Origin: Raillietiella orientalis
Taxonomy: Eukaryota
Assembly: GCA_036172245.1 (NCBI GenBank)
Contig: JAYWIR010000005.1
Coordinates: 1,922,001 to 1,986,000 of the forward strand
Reading direction: 5' to 3'
DNA: 64,000 nt
The notes beneath the pieces are model-generated. The model was not told the DNA's origin and searched no databases. It saw only the letters and a list, made by a program, of their open reading frames with translations. Below, one piece after another: positions 13,171-26,449 of the stretch. The translations under genes were made by a program, and so were the position numbers. Position 1 is the first letter of the stretch. Each line of letters begins with the position of its first letter.

Positions 13171-14999
13171 TCCACGAGGGGGGTCAGAGGGAATTCTTTC
13201 CTTGGGCCGAGAAAATGGGGCGCTTCGAGTCCTTCTGAATCTCGAAGCAGCTCCATAGCGATGCGGCGCTCTGCCGTCTTCCGGGTTTCCCAGCGGAAGC
13301 CACTTCTTCTTTGAGCGAAATTGCTGCTGCTGCTGCAGGAAAGAATTTCTTGAAGAGATTCGAGGAACGCGGACCTCCGTCGTGAGCACTACGGAAGAAG
13401 ACAGGTGGCTTCTTCGACGTGGGTAGAGGCCTCTTAAGCGAAAAACGGATCGCTGCCACCGTAACTCGAGTGATCTTCGGCTCTGGTTGAGTATGCGATG
13501 CTTGTAGCGCGCCAGCAAAGTAACCAAGAGAACGGACCGACTGCCTAGGAACCATAAAGGGCAGATAATTCTCTGTGTAGTTCTACGCTTTGGTCATTGA
13601 AATCCGAGGTACCCATGGTGACGAAAGACTTGCGATCCTGCGATTTCGGAAGTGCGGCCTTAAGCAATGAATTCCATTCGCGCGTCACATGGATGCCTCC
13701 GAATACCCCCCACCCATACACACATCACTTACAAATGGTAGGTTCCAAATGGCTGGAAACCCAGCGGACCCGTGAACCTCGTTGGAAACGATCTCGTTGA
13801 ATTCCCGTAAACATGAGTCTAAAGGAGTACGAACGCAGCATCCATGTTCCATAAAAATGCTGAAATCGAACGTCTGCAATCATCCCAATTCATCCGAAAG
13901 TTGCATAAACAGAACGGGGCATTATGGGAACATCTAACTCTCGTTGCAAAGCACCACTTGGCTGTTGTTTAGGCTATTAAATTTCGTCACAGCAGCTCGA
14001 GTTGAGAAGAATTTCTCTTCGGAAGGCTTGGCATTACTGCGAGGACGGAAGAGAAGGAAAACTCAGTCACTGGAATGGTGAAGACAGATTTCTTTGATTG
14101 ACTGAAGTCTCTTGGCGCGTCCCCGGATTTCAGATGGTTTCCAGCCGCAGTAGGTCGAGAAAGGGCTGTGGATTTTTTCCATTTTTTCTTTTTTCTTCTT
14201 CCTTTTCTGTTTTTCGGAATGGAGTCCAGCCAGCTTGCACGCGTTGGCACACACAAACGTAGCAGGCGCCTCGCCACAGAGGATTTCCTTCTAGCAGGAA
14301 ATCTGTTCACAAGACAGCATCTGAAACATCGCGAAGCTGTTGACCGGGAATATGGCTTTAGGAGCACCTTTCCTGACTCTTCTAAATAACAGGAGGGTTT
14401 TCTTTGAGTAGGAACCAATATTCTAAATGAAGATTATCCCTTAATTATCCTGAGATGGACTCTGGGCATTTGCTATAACCGCTGCTGTGGGAGTGAATCC
14501 ACACCTTGGTAGCGAAGAATGACCCACGATGGTGTTCAGCCTCTTACATCATTTGCAACATCTCTTTCCATTTGTGTCTTCGAGAAGTCGGTGAGATGAA
14601 GGCAGCAAACACGGAAGTAGACTCCTGGAATCGCTTCTCGGCCCTTTGGCTAAGATCAAAGTGTCGGTCAAGAAGACTGTACCTGGGTCCGATTCCAACC
14701 TAAGTCTGGATCTGGTGCTGCAGAAGGAGAATCGGATAATTATCCTCAAAATCCCCTGTCCCTTCGAAAATAAGGATGCTTTCAGCATCACACGGCTGGA
14801 GGAGGAAACAAAGTATCAGTAGATCGCCTTTCTTTTTGCGAGGAAAGGTCTTCAGGCCCAAGTTCGTGCCTTTTCGTGCCATTCTAAGATCAGTGGGATC
14901 GTGGGACCCTCGTAGTGTGAATCGGGTAGCCGGAAGATGTATGCAGATAAAATGAGGCACTTCGTGGTGGTCTCATGTATCCAGTACAGTAAGGGTATC

Positions 15000-15900
15000 T
15001 ACCGGACGTATTGTCTGGGACAACACTCCAATGATCTGCAATGAAGCGAGGTAATAGAAGAGGAATTAGAAGAACACCCAAATTCTTCAAGCTCGTATCT
15101 GAAGGGAGGCAAAATCGATTGGATGAAAAAGCGCTCACAAAAAATTCGGTTCGGAGGTCGGTGAATTTAAAATTAGGGGTGGTTTCTTAAATCAGTTTGG
15201 ACACGTTTCCATCCATGTGCACAGCAGAGATTAGAAGCACTTTTGAATGATGGATGACTGTCTTTTTTTGATCTCTGGATTCGTCTAGACAGTCCTGAAT
15301 TCCGTCCGTGTGCCCTCAAGGAACCGAGTGCACGGATCAAAATCTTGGTGGAGTCGGCAGCAAGAAATCTTCAAGATGAAACCTTCAGGATAAGAAGAAA
15401 ACGAAAAACGGGTTTTTGACGGTTTCCAGGAACAGATACGAAGATCTCATGTCTTGTGCAGAGGGCGGTGAATTCTTCGAAGGCGCTCAAGGCGCCCTTT
15501 CACACACTTTTCATCCGGTTGGCTAATAATTTTGAAAGGAAAGACGTTAAAAATGGAAAGGAAACCGAAATAGGGCACCAAGAGAAATTCGATAGGTAGG
15601 AAGATGGTTTTTCACCCAGAATGTTCGTAATTCAACGCGAAAGTCGTGTGGATCACAAGCAGATATGCTCGATGGGTCCTTCACTACCGCAAACTGAGTC
15701 CCTCAGCATTAAGGCTTTGTCATACAGAAGCCGAATACTGAAGCAGATTGCAGAAAGACATTTGAAGTGGCACAGATGCCCTTCCTTTCTCTGCACCTTA
15801 GTGAGACCTACACTTGTTTGGATTGCCCGCGTGTGTCTCCAGAACTGGAGAGGAGAGGCATGCATCAGTTCCCAATTTCCCAATTTTTCAGCATCCCCGA
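15000..15900 (-). mobile_element. Decayed L2/CR1-like LINE RT relic
   Basis: Minus strand in order: TRAIQTSVGLTKV (cf. YRPIS..S.LSKV), LQSA, LANRMKSV (cf. YL.NR.QSV), AADSTKI (cf. ADDTK), LCTWMET, LILN..TEF, LPSDTSLKNLGVLL (cf. VKNLGV.LD). Confidence 0.6.
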
Positions 15901-16687
15901 AATTAGAAAAATTTTTCTGGAAAAGTGGAATAAGACGGAAAGATCGGGAAAAGTGGGAACCTCACTCCGATCAGCAGGCGGTGGAGTCTTGGAGAGGCTC
16001 ATCATACAGCGGCCTCAAGTTCTTTCAAGTTCTGGTTGCAACACTTGCTTGCGGCTCATACGGAGCGCTGCAGCGGGGTTTTGACTTCCAGCCGAGGAAC
16101 TACACAGCCAAGAGACTGTGCGGCGGCGAGACAGACTTTTAACACTGCGGCTCCTCCGAAGATGTGCTGTGTTCACTCAGGTTTTTGGGCCATCGTCTTC
16201 GAGAAATCTGCTTTCTTCTTCAAAGAGAGAGATCTCAAAACGCCCTGTTTCAAATCATTGGATTCTCACTATCACTATTTTCGGGATCGCCGTTTGGGGT
16301 ACCTTCAAAGACCCTAGATCACGAGTTTAGCCACCCGAATATAAAGAAGAAAACGACGTCTGAACGGCCTCTCTGTGGGAGAGGCAAGAACGAACCAAGT
16401 CGTAGAATGGGTCAAATTGCCGTCTGTTCGAAAGACGGTATCACATGAAGTGCAGCTCCGGACTGAATGCGCGAAAAAATTCTTTCGGACGTTTTGGTTC
16501 CCATTTCGGCTTGCCGTTCTTCTTAATTGACGAGGAAAGTTTTCAGCCGTGAGAAGGAATCTGCTTTCGGCTGCTTTTTGGGGACGCTCGCTCCCTGTGA
16601 TTCCTTTTCGTTTCCGGATTGCTGTTAATCACCCTCAAGAATCCGTTGCTTTAAGATTGACAAGAAGCAAAGCCCTCTGTGCACATG

Positions 16688-16691
<4 letters not shown>

Positions 16692-16718
<27 letters not shown>

Positions 16719-16802
16719 GCCATTTATTCATGTTAACGTCTTGCACACTGCGTCTCCGGCACACTCGTCTCCAGCACACACTGCATCTCTTGCACACTGC
16801 GG
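16692..16802. repeat. (AC)13 microsatellite followed by four degenerate copies of a 15-18-bp unit (gcacactgcgtctc)
   Basis: Read directly: (AC)n at 16692-16717 and tandem units at 16743-16802. Confidence 0.85.
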
Positions 16803-17219
16803 TTCATTAGTTCCAGCTTCTAAGGGATTCCCTCAACAATACAGATTTGATAGGTTTTATTGTTTCCTCGTGCCTATTCTAGACCAATGACAGGGCTGAC
16901 CTCTCGTGAGTCTCACAACTGCCTTTGGAATTGCAAAACCCTTGCCAGTCACTTGCCCGGGAGAATTTCCAGAACCTGATAAGCTGATTCTTGGAAATGG
17001 ATGGTGATGTTAGGTAATCAGCAATCGTCTTGGGCAACTGTGGGAAACTTATCGGAGTCTGGGTTTTTATGATGGAGTTACATGTATTGCCTGCTTCCGA
17101 CGTTCCTCTTCCAAAATGATTATCTCATTAGATAGCACCTATTTCTTCCATTATTCTTTCACCTCTCGCGGGGAATTTCTTCCGTTTTCTCGACGTTTGT
17201 ACGACGAAATCAGCGATAT

Positions 17220-17241
17220 GAGAGAGAGAGAGAGAGAGAGA
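17220..17241. repeat. (GA)11 microsatellite
   Basis: Read directly. Confidence 0.9.
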
Positions 17242-18699
17242 CAAAAAGAAAAGATTACGGAGGGAAACGTTTTCTTGCAAGGGAAGAGCTCTGGTGTCCG
17301 TTTTTCATCATTGCTGCTTATTTACCGTTCCATGCGTCTGCATGAAATCGTGCCTCGGTACCTGCGGCATTCAACTGCCCCTAAAAGAATGATCTCTGAG
17401 ATGCAGTTTGAAGGGAGCGCGCACGTGAAAGACCAGCGTCCGAACTTGGCGAAATCCGAAAACAGCCAACGGCGATTCGAATGCTCGTACTGGACTCATC
17501 GGATACTTTCGTGTTCTCCAGTACGTCAAACACTACTCGCACTAACGCGGACGTGTTTCATAGGTCCTAGAAAGTGGCCGTTAGATGAAGGTGCAAGGCA
17601 GGCACTTCCTAGCCATCTTCCTAGCCACTTTCGTCAGAATACTTCACAGGTTGAGTTTATTTGCTTCTGAATCGACAGAAGAAGAAGCACTCGGGAAGCT
17701 TAGTTTTGCACCAATGTGAAACAGCATGGTTCGAAGACTCTGATTTTATTATGCTCCGGAGTACCTTTCGTAAAGCCGACATTTGCTTCTGGGGCTAGGC
17801 ATACCGTGAGCTGCCCAATCCAGTGGTTGAACCAGAAACTGGAAATGAAAGTCTGAAGCCGTGATCCTGTCGGAGTATCAAGCCAGCGGTTGAAAACTCT
17901 AAAAATCGTATATAACGCACTTCGGGAGCGTGGGTCATTCTGCACCCTGTCCCTGATTTCGCGGTTCTTTCTCGTTCTATAATATTTCCTGTTCCTTTGG
18001 GCAAGGCAACTGCAACAGTGAGGCAGCGAATGCAAGAAAAAACAGTGCAACCGCAACTCAGTTTCTCAGAACAAGAAGCATTCATTTCTGGTGCACCAAT
18101 TTGTCAAAGTGCATCTCACGCAGATATAGCGTGGTGAAAGCAGAAATTTTGGGGGAGGTAGCACAAGATGTAACAGTGGAAACTGGGATCTCAAACCATC
18201 AGAACCGAAGCACGTCGCTCGTTCTCTCGGTGGTCGTAGCGGATTTCTTTGCAGCTTTCCAAAAAGCCTCCAGAAAGTTGAGAGTGGACTGGTTAGTGAT
18301 CCTGACGTTTCTAATCACGGGAACCTAATAAGCATCTCCAAAGCAACAGGAAATGGCATTTTATTTGAAGATGCACGGAACACTAGAAGACCCCTGTTCT
18401 ACGAGAGCTATTGAATGCACTGCCTGAAAGACAAAAAATTCATTCTACAAAAAGCAGCAACGAACGCCTTGTCGCAGTGCTTTCCCTTTCACAACCGTTG
18501 GTTCCATTGACCTCTTTGAAAAGACTCACTACGCTCCCACAAAATGAAGACTGGGAGGTTTAGCAGGGCTGCTATAAATCGCAAAGTTTGAGGATGCTGG
18601 TCCTCTCTTCGTCCCCGCGTTTGCTGTCTTCGTTAGGGTTTTGAGGCGTGTTTCACTTTTTCAGCTGTCGAAGACACTGGATTCCGAATCATTCTTCAG

Positions 18700-19950
18700 G
18701 GAGTCCCAGCCCAAGAAAGAATTAGCTCCCGCGAGAAGACAAAACAATGCAACCCTTTGGATCAGTGCTGAAGACGTTTGCAAATTCTCCGTGGAAAAGT
18801 CTCTTTCGGTTATTTTTTGATGGATGGTTCATGCCTGGAAGAGTGCGAGATTCTGTGATCTGGATGAACCGAAAAGGGAAAAGGTCACTAAAAGACTTTA
18901 TTTAAAGAAATCGCGTGGCAGTTCCCTGATTTCATTGCTGTCTGATTAGTCAGTGGTTAGGCGTTCCAGATGGTGTCTGGTTTCACGGTCAGCATAACGA
19001 TTTCCGGGAGAGAGAAATTAAGGAACGAAAACTGTAGGCTGAAATTTTTTTAAACAAGTGGAAGAATCAGTTCCGGAACCTGCGTTTGTTTGGTGCCCGA
19101 GTGTCTTCATCTGTCAACTCCTTTCTACAAGAAAACCGTTAGCCCATTCAAATGTAAAGTACACCGTGCAAACAAACAAGAGCGAGAAATGGCGCGTTCG
19201 CTAAGATGTTGTGGGTAGCCCTTGGATATGGCTGCCTGCCTCTTCCACACACCTGCCTTCACAGTCATCTTCCTGGTAAGTCAAGTCGCATTCCCGAAGT
19301 TTCTGTCTCGTGCTCTTCGAGTTCGCCTAGTTGATGTTGATACAGGGGAGAATGATGGCTCTTCTCACATCCAAACACGAGGATAACATAACGATGAACA
19401 AAATAAGGATTCCTAAGGGTTCCCCAAGGATGAATTGGAAGCAGCAAGGATGAGATTGCGTAGGCAGTCCGTGCTCAAGGATGAACCAATGATCTACCAT
19501 TGAGAGCTAAGTATATCCGGTGCTGAAGACAGTGAACCTCTCGGTGTTTGATGTCACTTCCAGTTTGCCGTTGCATAGGTTCTGTTGTTAATAATAAACT
19601 CGAAATCGGTCCAGGCTGCACAGAGCGCTTACGCACTGTGTAAATCCCCTGGCAAAGGCAAGCACATGCTGTCACGAGAGCCTCTCCGCCACATCATTTC
19701 AAAACCGGAAAAAGTTGCCTACTGCCTGGAAAAGGCGAACAGGAAAAAGCCGCGTACGAACCAGAAGACTTCCTCTGGTTCATACGCGATATCTTATGAG
19801 CTTTCTTAATGGGCAGTGGGTGCTCAGAGCTGGCTTGAAGGTTGACTCGCAGACGAAAGACACACCCGCGCGGAGAAGTGAAAAAACTCCCTGTAGATGT
19901 CGCCTGGAAACGCGGAATAAGATGCTTCGAAACTTCCAGAGCAAAAAGTG
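18700..19950 (+). mobile_element. Decayed non-LTR retrotransposon RT domain (Jockey/L2/CR1-group-like); the best-preserved relic in the window
   Basis: In order with frameshifts: AP(G)EDK at 18725, VLKTFA at 18765, AWKSAR at 18833, ISLLS at 18929, LDMAA at 19222, (R)VPQG*I at 19416-19436, NDLP at 19488, GAEDS at 19519 (YADD position), PGKGKHMLSR, GLKVDSQ, VKKL..VAWK. Confidence 0.72.
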
Positions 19951-20849
19951 GGTCAGAATTCGGTTCGTGTCCGGGGCGAGGGTGTCACCGGAAGTGGACT
20001 CAGACCAGTTCTGCTCACGACCTCAGGAGCCGACGAAGCACTGACAAAAAGCACGCTTCGGAAGGCAGCCACTATTCAAAGAAGCACGCCGAATGAAACC
20101 TTGCAATGCCGAATCAGATACCTTACATTCCGATTCCAAGTACACGTTGTTTCCTCTGCTCGTCTTCATCACCTTAGATAACATTGGGGCCACAACTCTC
20201 CCCAAGAGTTTCCTTTTTTCTGACATTCCTATTCTTTCCTTTTTCATTAGTGCATTTGCCATGACTTACTACAACTTCCGTGGGAGATCGTGAATGAAGT
20301 CAAGCCGCCAGAGAATCCATAGGTGCCTGGGAAGTAGAGCTAAGGACAGTTCCCAGCAAAGACATGAAACCAAACCGCAGTCTGAGGTCTCATCAAGGAA
20401 CCAGCCAATCAGTGTAGAAACCTTTACTAAAGGTAAGCACCTACGAGCATGCTGTGAAGGCTGAAAGCGGGAATCGCTTTCAGCCCCTGAAATCTTCTTG
20501 AAACGCACGCCTGAGATTCTTGCAGCTCAGAGCTGAAAACACTTGCAAAAGTGGTAAACCGGGCGTTCGAGTTCGAGGGCGAACGCGGCAGTCCCGGAAC
20601 ACGTATTTGAGGGAACTGGGGGAAATGTGTTGTCTAGCGAAAGCAATGGCAACGTTCTTTCGGGTCCCGTGAACACTGCCGCCAAACCTGCTCGCATTCT
20701 GCACAGAAAACGCTCCAGAGCCATCTCGAACTTCCGCATACATTGAGCATCCAGCGAGCCCGTGAGGGGCTTTCCCGATCGCACTTTGCCGCTGCGGCAA
20801 AATTCCTTCTTGCTGGGGCTCTCAACACGACGGGCTGAACAAGGGCGCG

Positions 20850-21100
20850 AACATATCGACCAAGGAAGGAAGGGAGAAATCAAGAAAAGACTTCGAAGGC
20901 CGCTGAATGCACTCATTTGTTCCTAAACCATGACAAGAGCCCAGCTGGTAGCAATAAGAAAAAGCAATTAGAAGAGGATGTTTAGCGAGAACTTTTCTTC
21001 CATCAGGAATACACTGAAAACTGAAGCCGACTGACTGTGACAAATTTCCACCTGGCAACTATGCCAGTCCTGGGGCGCCTTCATCCCAAAGTAGAAGCCT
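20850..21100 (-). mobile_element. Short decayed LINE RT fragment (tentative)
   Basis: APQDWHSCQV (cf. P.DW..A.V), YQLGSCHGLGTNECI (cf. Q.GFR.G.GT...I), SFLDFS. Confidence 0.35.
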
Positions 21101-22490
21101 CGCAAGTGGTCGACCCTCCCCAGCAACAAGGAAACTGTGAAATCAAGCAGCACATTCTCATGGGGAGTAGCCGAAGTTAGCCAAACTCCAGAGAAAAATA
21201 AATTTCACTATCCTTTGGTTCCGGGAGCTTCCGGAAAAAAACGGCGGAATCTTGTCACTGGGCCAAGGCGTTGGAAGAAGAGCAAAGCAAAGGTGTTACG
21301 GCGGAAAGAGGGACGGACAGCCTGGTTTCTTCGGGGGTGCTGGACAGAGCTGAACCGAAGCAAACGTGGTGGCTGCCCATTTCATCTTTCTCTTCCCGGT
21401 TATTAGGCAGCGTGGCACCTGCAAATCGCTTGTTTTCATTTCGTTTTTTTTTTTTTTTTCCATTCCTAGATTTCCGATGTCGAATAAACACCTACGATCC
21501 ATGTAGGGCGTCTTCAAAATTCTCGAAGAAAAATAACGCAAGCAGATCGCGGTTTCCTAGCACACTTAGCTTGGTCCTTATGACTCCCTCAAAGGTTCTG
21601 AACTGCATGATTCGATCTCGTCACCACGCCTTCCGTAGGGCTTTCTTCATTTTGCGCGTGCACGCATGCTCACTGAGGAGCAGGGAGAGAGGCCCGCGCG
21701 TGCAGCCGGGAATGCCATCGTATTTTTTCCTCCTCCGGAGAGGAATGGCTGTTCATTCAGAGCTACCGTTTCCTCGTGCATCGAACATTTTTTTTCCTGT
21801 CTGTACTGGACTCAGAAGGCGAATCGGGAAAGCCATCCGGCACTTTCAACCCGCTGAAGAGAAACGATCGAGTTCTGGATAGCAATTTCGTCATTAACCA
21901 ACAACACACGAATGCATTTCTGGGCATCGGTAAGGAAATTTCTGCCCCGGTTCAGCAGCTGATGCACGGTCGTAAATAGAGCTGCATCCAATCAAACTGT
22001 TCTTATCAGAGTTTCACCCGTTTCTTTCAATGGTGCGTGCTATTCAAAAAAGAAAGGACCCCGCTAAAGCCGGTTTCAAGTGCTCTTAGCAAGGGAAGGG
22101 TCTGCAAGGTAGCAGCATCTGCATCTTCCTGAAAATATGCAAATAATGAACGCGGATCGAATGCTTGCGTTGTGCTGGCGTTCATTTCTTAGAACGAAAC
22201 GGAACCTTTCCCAGTCATCTCTCCTAGCGGTTTGGGAGCGGGCAAAGATAAGCTGGTTGACCAAAAACCTGCACTGCTGGTCCCAGTTCATCTCAGTCTG
22301 GCTTGTCTGGACGTGAAGAACAGTCGGCACAAAATACGAAGGCTGCTCACGAACGTTCCTTTATTCGATGGAAAAAATAATTAATGACGAAGCAAGTGAC
22401 TCAGATGAATCAAGATCAGCACTGCATCCTCATGGAAAGGGTAGCACAGCATCCATGAGTTTTGTTAGCCAGAGGATGTTCTCCCTTTAC

Positions 22491-22512
22491 GAGAGAGAGA
22501 GAGAGAGAGAGA
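22491..22512. repeat. (GA)11 microsatellite
   Basis: Read directly. Confidence 0.9.
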
Positions 22513-22864
22513 GCAAAACTCTGGTGCTACCTCATACGAGACATGTCAGAAAGGGTGAAATTAAAAAAGAAAAGAAGAAGGAAGCCTGCCTCCGAGAATT
22601 CCCAAAAGTGACATTTCTTCAGGTTTCCGAAGAACCAGGAGCAGCATCTGTGAGCGAGATTGTCGAGGCGGTCATCATGTGATCTCAGTCTGGTACGAGA
22701 GATCGGCGGAAGCCCGTTTTCGTCAAGTTGGGTTCGAGCTGAGTTGTGGTAACGGCATCTCACAAGGAGTCGTACGTGGTGGTAGCTGTGATGGCGCGAA
22801 TTTCGCGTACCATCCATGCAGTTCTTCTGAAACATGCATGGGAAAGCCTAAATAATCCCACGTA

Positions 22865-23110
22865 TTATGAGCTTCTTTTTATTCTCCATCCTTTTGCAGT
22901 GCTTTCCAATCTTGACAACCGGTAGAGAGAAATCGGCAGGGAAGAGTTAGGTGTCTTCACTTCCCTCGGTCTGTTTGCCCTTGGGGACCAGCCGTGTCTC
23001 CTTTCTTCCGAAGATGAGAATTTCTTGATGGCATGCCTGTAAACGTCGTTCAGCTTTTCAGAATTTCTGACGAGGAAGCTCACCGCTGTAGTGGTGATTC
23101 TTGGATGCAT
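22865..23110 (-). mobile_element. Short decayed LINE RT N-terminal fragment
   Basis: The ORF carries RPREVKTPNSSLPISLYRLSRLE (cf. KPGK...P.SYRPISLL..L.KL.E). Confidence 0.4.
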
Positions 23111-26100
23111 AGATGGAAAGGTTCAAATGCTTCACCAATGAAGACCACTCTCAGCACTTTGGTGTGATTCAATTGTATTCCATCTATTTTCTCGAGATAG
23201 CGTTACTTTTCTTGTGAGCAGTGGTCAGGCTACCTCAAGAGTCCCAACTGATTTCAGGGATCTGTTTGAAGGCTGAGATTATAACCGGAAAATCTTCTAT
23301 TGCTTTATTGATGGCTGTTCAAAGAAGTGCAAAGATTTGTGCCCTACAGCCTCATATTCCTGATTAAAAGAGTGTCTGATCCCTCATTCCGGATCATCCT
23401 TTAGACTCGGGCTCTATAGTCTTTTTGGATTTTTGGGTTCGATTCGATGTTTCCGAAACTTTCTCAAGAGCTTTTTCAAGAGCTCTTTGACTGTCAAAGT
23501 TTCAAAATTCCATCATGCGGGTGCCACTCTTTCACGAGGGAAGTGCTCGACTGAGTCTGAAAATTTCTTGAGTCTGATGATCCCTTGGATAAATTCGGCA
23601 ATCATTCTGTGCATCCTCATAAGCAGAGCAAACGGTAAGCAAGGAAAAAAGCGCTACGAAAATCGAGGTCACGTTGTGCCAAGGCGAACTCGAGTGCTTC
23701 GCCAGAAACAGTCACGAACGTCGCAAGAAATTTACAACGTGGAACACCGCGAGAGCAAGAAGAACCCTTCCGCCGTGCTGACCATCTTGAAGCGAACGAC
23801 CCCCGTTCCAGAGGTGGTTTTCAGATCCCAGATCAGGAACAGCGGAGAGGGTCAAAGCAAAAATTCTCCAAACACCAGCCCAGCCTCATTGGAAATTTGC
23901 GAATCTGAAGGAGCTGGAAGAACCAGCAAACAACTGGTGAATGAGACTCCATCGCTCCCTGGACCGGCCAACAGGGTTCAGTCTCGGCCTCAGTTCTCAC
24001 TTCTTTCGTGCGGCAGGAAGTCCGGAGAATTGTAATTCACTGCCCACACAAATGACGGGCGCACTCGTGTGGAAATGTAGATGTGGATTTTAGAAGATGA
24101 AGATGAACAAGCATTCTCTAAAGTCGCGTCAGCGTTTTTTTTTTTCTTTCCCATGCAACGCTGATTAACTCGAAGCGGGGAACATGAACGAGGGTGCTGT
24201 TCCCAAATTAGCGATGAGGATTTCATCGCAGAGCATAATCCACACGATCGGGAATTTAATCATCCTGTGCTGAAAATAAAATCAGGTTCCTTCGGCACGG
24301 AGGAACACTTTCCATATTCGAGCAGTTCCGTGTTTCGAATATCAGAATTGTTTTCTCTTTGCTTAGGGTGACAGCGGCTTTTGGGAAAAGAGTTGTGGAC
24401 TGGAGGAATGCAGACTGGGTTTCCTGAGATGAGGCCATAGTGTGGGATCCGCATGAGGGGACTTTAGTTTGAACGGATTGCAAACTCTGGGAACCTCACT
24501 TGTTAATGAGTTTCCGCCCTCCCCCCTTCTCCTCTTCCTCCCTGCCCCCCTTTCCTTTTCTATGTGTGTGTGTGTGTTCTGTTTCCTCCTAGCTCGTGTG
24601 AGGAACTGAACACACAAAGAAGGGAAGATGGTCCTGCACGACTTCGAAGTTTCAGCCTTCGCGCGAAGCAAATCGCGTGCAAAGTTTCACTTGCTCACGA
24701 GCACGTCGTGAGCTTCCAGGATTCCTGGGTCACCCTATAAGCGGAAAATGCGGATCCCGGGTCCGCTGCCTCAGCTTAGAGGGATTGTCGAGCTGAGAAG
24801 GCAATGATTTCCTTGTTTTTTCCTCTCCCTCTCTCTTTCTCTCCGCCGAGCTTATTCACGCCTTGCACAAGAGCTGCATGAACCTCGGACCCCCGTCGGA
24901 ATTTCGTGTCCATGCCGAATCCGGGACGTGACTCCCACATGCTCGCGAGCCCATGTGACCTCTTGATCATTTCCTCCACTAATTAATCAGTTCCACCACC
25001 ACGCCCGTTTTCGCACTTTGGTTGGCCCGGGAGGCTGGTCCGCTACCGAATGGTTCTCGGGTCATCTTCCTCCCTGATGGCAAGAGCTATCGAACCGCGG
25101 AGATTTCACCTGGCGGACTGCATCGCACGGGGGGTATGCTTTCGCTGCCTTCGGAGGATGTATCGCCGAGAACTACTCCTGCCACGCATCGCTTTTGTAC
25201 ATAGCTAAGATGACATTTGGATTCGAGCGAGGCACTAGGTGTCCGGAGCGATGACACGGAAACGCGCGCTTCCGAAATGCGCAGCGGTAGTTGCTCCGGT
25301 AACGAAAGTGCTCGCGTAAAGTCTTCGTGGGTGATTCCAGTGAGTGCAGAGTGCCGGAGACGGCGGAGTTCGAAATACCTTCTCCCTCTCCAGCCCGGCG
25401 CATGCTCCGCGCTCGCTCTGGAAAATCGAAACGCCAGCAGCCCGAAGTAACAAGATGCCCGTGCTCGGCTCGCAGCCGGGAGTTTTCAAATTGGTCGTAG
25501 CGGGGGCAACCCAGTGAGTTTTTTTCCTCCCGGACTCTTCACGAATACGCATGGTGTGTCGGCGGCTCACATGCTGGCGCTGACCGACCGTGCTGCACGC
25601 CGCAGTGAACAGTGCGCTGACGAAAACGCTGAAGCCTTGATTGTGTTCCCGGGCAACGGAGATCCGCCGAGGAGCAGAACGTCTTAGAAGGGAAAAATCC
25701 CTCTTCTCGCGAATCACCAGCCGAGCCACCGCTCCGTGTGTGAAAATGATCGATCCTTCTGGGGAAAAGAATAGCTCAGCTGACGACCCCGATGCCTCGT
25801 TGACCGAAGAGAAAAATCCCCCACCTGAATGACCTACGCATCCTCTCAGATACTGGCCTTTCGCACTGTGAACAGGACTTTCATTTGTCGATTCTATCCA
25901 TTCTAAAGCTAGGACTGCAAGAGCTGTAACCCAAGAATTCCCCTGGAACGATGGAAGGCCTGCCATCAAGGCTGCCGTGACATTGCCGCGGTTCCCGAGA
26001 AAGACGTGCCTTTTCACTCGTCAGGGAAGCATCCACACCGAACAAGTGCTCGAAGAATCGCCTCTTCTCCCGTGAGAAAGTTGCGTGCGTCTGTGCGAAA

Positions 26101-26449
26101 AAGTCGAAAAGGCTTGAGAATCCAAAACATCCAGCTGCTCCAGATGAGGAAATGCCAGCGGAATCGGTCCTGAGGAATTTCACCGCGCCTGCTACCCCAT
26201 CTCCGCGTGCCCCTCCGAGAATCTCTCCCTTAAGCTGCGGCTAAAAAATCCTTTGAAGCACATCCGGAGAACGTGCCCTTCCCGACGTTGCCGACCTCGC
26301 CCGCTAAACGCTCCCATCAGTTGGAATCTCAATAGGATGATTAGGTAGCAAGAATCGTTGATTCGAGATCGGCGAAAATCAATCGAGCCTGCTCATCTCT
26401 GCACTTGAGAGAAACAAAAGTCGGAGGTGTCATCTTGCAAAATCGTGGG

